A DNA stretch of 63,479 bases, filler included, from Octopus bimaculoides (lineage: Eukaryota), in assembly GCF_001194135.2 (NCBI RefSeq). It is 5 parts of 5 records of this genome, joined end to end, with 100 filler letters (N's around TTAATTAATTAA, not from the genome) between each part and the next. Parts side by side here need not be neighbours in the genome. Positions count along the whole stretch, not along the records: positions 51,583 to 63,479 come from NC_068984.1; 4 more parts are not named here. One strand, 5' to 3'. Position 1 is the first letter of the stretch, and each line of letters begins with the position of its first letter. Shown here one piece after another: positions 59,132 to 63,479 of this stretch. A program made the translations under genes and the position numbers. The notes under the pieces were generated by a model. That model saw nothing but the letters and a program-made list of their open reading frames with translations, had not been told where the DNA came from and ran no database searches.

Positions 59132-62100
59132 ATGGTCGTGTTCAAAATCTGTTGTCTAAATGCCCTGAACCTCGAGTCGGTTTGGAAACAAGGTCAACTT
59201 TTAAATGAGCAAAGGTCCTTTCATGTAGAAGTAGCAGCATCAGTGAAGTCAGACTTTTCGAATCATAAACATTCATGCTCCCTCTTCGGTGGATACGAAA
59301 TTTACTTGTCTCCGTGTCGGCGGTGGTGAAAATGGAGTGTTTTTCCTGAAAGCTCTGGATTTGAAAATAAAGGTAATCTTTCTGGATCCAGAAGGTATTC
59401 TGGAGGTCCTAATATGAGTAGCAATGACGGCGGTGCCTTCAGACTGGTGACTGCCTATTCTTCGACAGAGGCAGGGCGGGCGGATTACTTGAAGTGTCTG
59501 GAGGTTGTTTTTCTAAGAACGTCTCAAACTTTAGTATTAGCAGGGGTTTGGAACGCTCTCTTAGATAAGCGTTTGAATTGCATGGCGCAATCTGATAGAA
59601 GAGGTGGGGTGCAAAAGCCTCACAAACCTGCTCAGACGTTTGCAACTGTCTGACACCTACGGATTAGATTACCCGAATGTGCCAATGTTCGAAAAATCGC
59701 ATCGGATAATCTAGATAATATTTCAATTGAGTATTCTGTAGGCCAGCGGATAAGAGTAGTATAGGCTGTCCACATCTTCACAGACCACAAATTTGTGATT
59801 TGTACGGTCGTCCTAGATAGGCTTCGGAGACAGTGCCCCCATTACTGGAAGCTGAACGCGTCATTACCGTGTGCCAAGCTTAGAGTGACCTGATCAGTGA
59901 ATTAGTTAAGCGGGCACTTTAGCAATAGAAAGAAATAGAATAGGAGACTTAGTTAGAAGTTAGATCAGGAGCTTAGGAAAGAAATCGCAACCGACGTGTT
60001 GGCGGCGAGATTGGTCCTTGACCAATCCTTCGTCACCAAAAGTGAAAGGTTGTGTTGTCAGAGCTAAGGCAGGTACTCTAAGCGGGGAGGGAACAAACGC
60101 CGCTCAATGAGCCCGAGTGTTAGAGGAAAAAAGTCGCAACAAAGCCACCATTAGGTCTTTGGTTTATCAAAACGGGTGCGTGATGTTTGAACCGATGCAG
60201 AAGTGTGCGGCCTTTCAGCGGCACTGTTCCGGGCAAGTCGGTGTCTATCTGAACGCCCTGCCACGACTCTCGACGAGCGAGGTGGAGTGCTGCCAAAGGC
60301 TGATAACAGCCGCGGAAATACAGGGATCCATAAAGGGCTGCATTAGAGGCAGATCGCCGGGTGTGAATGGTCAGCCCTACGAGTTTTATATCTCTATGCC
60401 AAACATATTTGGAGGCCTTTTAGCAGCTATCTAACACATCAGGCAAAATAATGGGAGAATTCCCACTTTTGTCAGTCGAGGGGTGAAGGCCCTGCTGTGA
60501 AAGGGCTCAAACAATGAGGATGTGACAGAGAACTTCAGGTCCATCACCCTGCTCAGTGCAGAGTTGTAAATTTTGGTCAAGGTTTTAGTCAAGAGGCTGG
60601 TGCTCGTTCTGGAAAAGCCTATTAGGATACGCAAATATGCGCTATACTAAGCAGGACTATCCATGACAACCTCCACCTAATGCGCTACATCATAGAGAGG
60701 GTGGGTAACGAAGCTGACATGGGTGGGGCTCTGATCAATTTCAATCTGTCTAAAGTCTTCGATAGGGTCGACCACTAATACTTGGTGTGACTGCTTTCGC
60801 GGCAGCCGATCTTGGTCCAGTTTGTCGCGGTCGGATGGCTGGTTTGTAGAGCGTCACCTGCTCCGTAGTTCGTGTGTATGGTCATTTGTCAGAACGGTTC
60901 AGCATTTTACACTCGGTCATTCAAAGGTGCCTTCTTCCCTCCCGTCTGTATGTACTGACAAATGCGCCACTGCTGTGGAGGCTAAGGGCATTAAGGGGCA
61001 TCCCTTGTAATCCATGACGTGGGAGAATCTCATGCCGACGATGTCACCGTTATAATGTCGAGCCACACTAAAGGAGTATGAAGCGCTAATAGAAGCCAAA
61101 ATTATTGTGGAAAACCAGTTGGCTTCCGACTCGGCACCTGCAGAGGCAATTCCATGCTGTTTAACAGCGTTTAGGGGTGCTGAACACATAGTACAGTTAA
61201 ATTGCTTGGGGTCACTTTCGGCCCAAACCTACAGTAGGAGAAAAACTGGGACACGGTGACGAACAGTGTGGCAAATTTTCACGCAAAACTGGGCCGAGCA
61301 GAAGCTATCCCTGAAAGGTCCATCTGAAGCGCTGAGGATAATGCGTAAATCGCATCCGTCATCTAAAATAGCTTGACCGGCATCTCCCGCCCCGTATGTT
61401 GGCTGAACAAGCTGGTGCGCTTATGCTACCGCACTCTATGGAGAAGACTGGTTCCGCTGGTCAGGCCCTCAATATGCTGTCAACAGCCGCTGATTGAGAG
61501 CCTGGGCATGCTGAAGAGCAGACATGCGCTCAGGCTGCAGCATCTCCACCATTATCTTAGCGGTGAGCATGCGTGGCCACCGTTTGTTAGATTCGCCTTC
61601 CAACGGCTTGTCTCTTTGATTGAAGCGTAGACCGAGGCGGGGCGCTTGGCACATCGAGTATCGACAAGCGCTCACGGTTCTCTGCCGGTCGAGCAATACG
61701 GTCGTAGTTTAACTCTAGCTTTTTATAGAGGTTTAGTGGAAGAACAGTGCAACGACGTTCTCTGGGAAGTTCTGGGCGTCGACGAGGATCAACGTAATGT
61801 TTAGTTCCGGAGAACTTTCGATCCGGGGCCTACAGATAATTCTCAGAAATGCCTGGCCTGGTAATGCTACCGAGGGGCGCTGCCTGTTTGGGTTAAACTT
61901 TACAGGTCCAGATGTGTCGTCAGCCGAGCCTTCCCGAGGTGAGCACAGAGCGACGAAACCGTTCTGCACGCACACGTCCAGTGCCAGAGCATTGCTGACC
62001 TGTGGGTTTCTGTTGGACACCTGCTGTCGCGTGTGGAATGGATACAGCTATCAGCTGGATCCATAGTGAAAATTGCCCCACCGCCCTCCTTTGGCCTGGA

Positions 62101-62320
62101 GAGGCAGGCAATTTTTATTTGTCTGGCAGATGTAGCGAAATTGGTAGTGGTAGACACGTTTGGAAGTGCTAAAGACACACACTTTCCTCTTTGGCCAAGC
62201 CTTCATAGACTTGTTCGAGTTTCACTTGAAAAGGAAAGTGAGGGTGAAGAGGGAAATATTTTCTTGTAGTAAGTTTGTTGAAAGGTTGGTGAATGTTGGA
62301 AAAATGGTCGTTGTTGTTGC
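59132..62320 (+). mobile_element. L1/Tx1-clade LINE ORF2 (APE-RT-CCHC), pseudogenised
   Basis: APE start MVVFKICCLNALNL. RT motifs GRSPGVNGQPYEFY (~60350), NFRSITLLSAEL*ILVKVLVKRL (~60531), SKVFDRVDH (~60750), HADDVT (~61031) and LLGVTFGP (~61203). C-terminal PR*.QSDETVLH..VQC zinc-knuckle remnant (~61930). Many stops and frameshifts. Confidence 0.9.
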
Positions 62321-63244
62321 TGATGTTGTCATCGTGCCATGCACACTATATTCTGAGCTCGTACTGATTTTTGTTCGTTTTCTATGGAAATCATTCTCTA
62401 CATATTTTAACGTTCTGATTATTGGTGTATTTTATTTTTTTGTCTTCGTGATTTCTGCTAATTTCAAGTATACTTTTTTTTATTATTGTAATTGCTGAGT
62501 GTTATTTCTATTATCCACTTCTAATACTTATCTTTACTGGGCAGTTTTAGACTGCCACAGTGGATTTTTCATTATAATTAGCTTTCCCTACCTACTTCTA
62601 TTTTTAGTTAATATAATCATTCTGTGTCCGTTCTGGGTGAGTGTATGATAAGTGCAATCATAACTGTTTTTGTTGTGCTTTGTATTGCTAATTAGGTTAA
62701 CCATTAATTAAGATCACTATTGTTGTAACTTATTATAAGCGCTTTTGCGTCCTCAACATTTTCTTATTTTAGCATTGAACTCCACTTTCAATATTAAAGT
62801 AACTGAATTAGAAGTCTTCCTGAACTTTTCAGGTATATTCGTGTGTTTAGGCTGTCTAGTTCACTGATTACTTTCTATGTATGTATGTATGTATGTATGT
62901 ATGTATGTATGCATGTATGCATGTATGTATGTATGTATGTATGTATGCATGTATGTATGTATGTATGTATGTATTTATTTATGTGTGTGTGTGCCTGTGC
63001 GTGCGTGCTTCATGTGTGTGCGTCTGCATGTACACGTGAATGCGTATGCAAGCTGTAAATCTCCCATCTTAGGTTCTTCATCAGAATGATATTTGTGTTT
63101 TTCCTTGATATTCGTTTCCTAGAAGTTACAATAGCGATTGTATTTTCTTAAATCCAATATTCATATGAATGTCTTGGGGATATCTATGAAGTGATATTTC
63201 TAGATGTTGATCGGCTGTCAGAGAACGTGGTATATCAAGTTTAT

Positions 63245-63293
63245 AGTAATAATAATAATAATAATAATAACAATAATAATAATAGTAATAATA

Positions 63294-63339
<46 letters not shown>

Positions 63340-63342
63340 ATT
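63245..63342. repeat. (TAA)n microsatellite
   Basis: Seen directly; it explains the poly-Tyr ORF. Confidence 0.95.
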
Positions 63343-63479
63343 AAAACAACGAACTTAGCACCTGAGCAACTCTGGGCCCCTATAACAACTGAAGAGGTCA
63401 CCCAGACACTGCAAAGACTAAGCAACTGGAAAGCACCTGGACACGACAAGATCCCCAATTTCTGGTTAAAACACCTGCC

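Overview
This is AT-rich, repeat-dense, gapped eukaryotic (metazoan) genomic DNA. The SINE, MITE and microsatellite repertoire looks like an octopus/coleoid cephalopod short-read assembly; this is recognition, not a database result. No host protein-coding gene can be firmly identified. The window is made mostly of microsatellites, tRNA-derived SINEs (at least three families) and TIR MITEs (piggyBac-like, hAT-like and one with a telomeric-repeat palindrome). It also holds decayed autonomous elements: a mariner DD34D copy with both TIRs, a maT/DD37D-type fragment, a Helitron helicase fragment, Penelope-like pieces, a BEL/Pao RT remnant, RTE-like fragments and a ~3.2 kb L1/Tx1-type LINE. A few weak plus-strand exon candidates lie at 5.6-9.7 kb. 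The most interesting structures are: (1) a 1.2-kb satellite built from 20-21-bp and 32-bp units that keeps a STAT/HSF/NF-kB-like core in helical phase; (2) two copies of a variant minimal hammerhead-like motif in a Penelope-type repeat; (3) a non-autonomous mariner family built from two inverted left ends; (4) an antisense SINE carrying a ready-made 68-nt cryptic exon; (5) several inverted-repeat pairs that could be ADAR substrates. Most long ORFs in the track are artefacts of N gaps and microsatellites. Coordinates of decayed elements are approximate.
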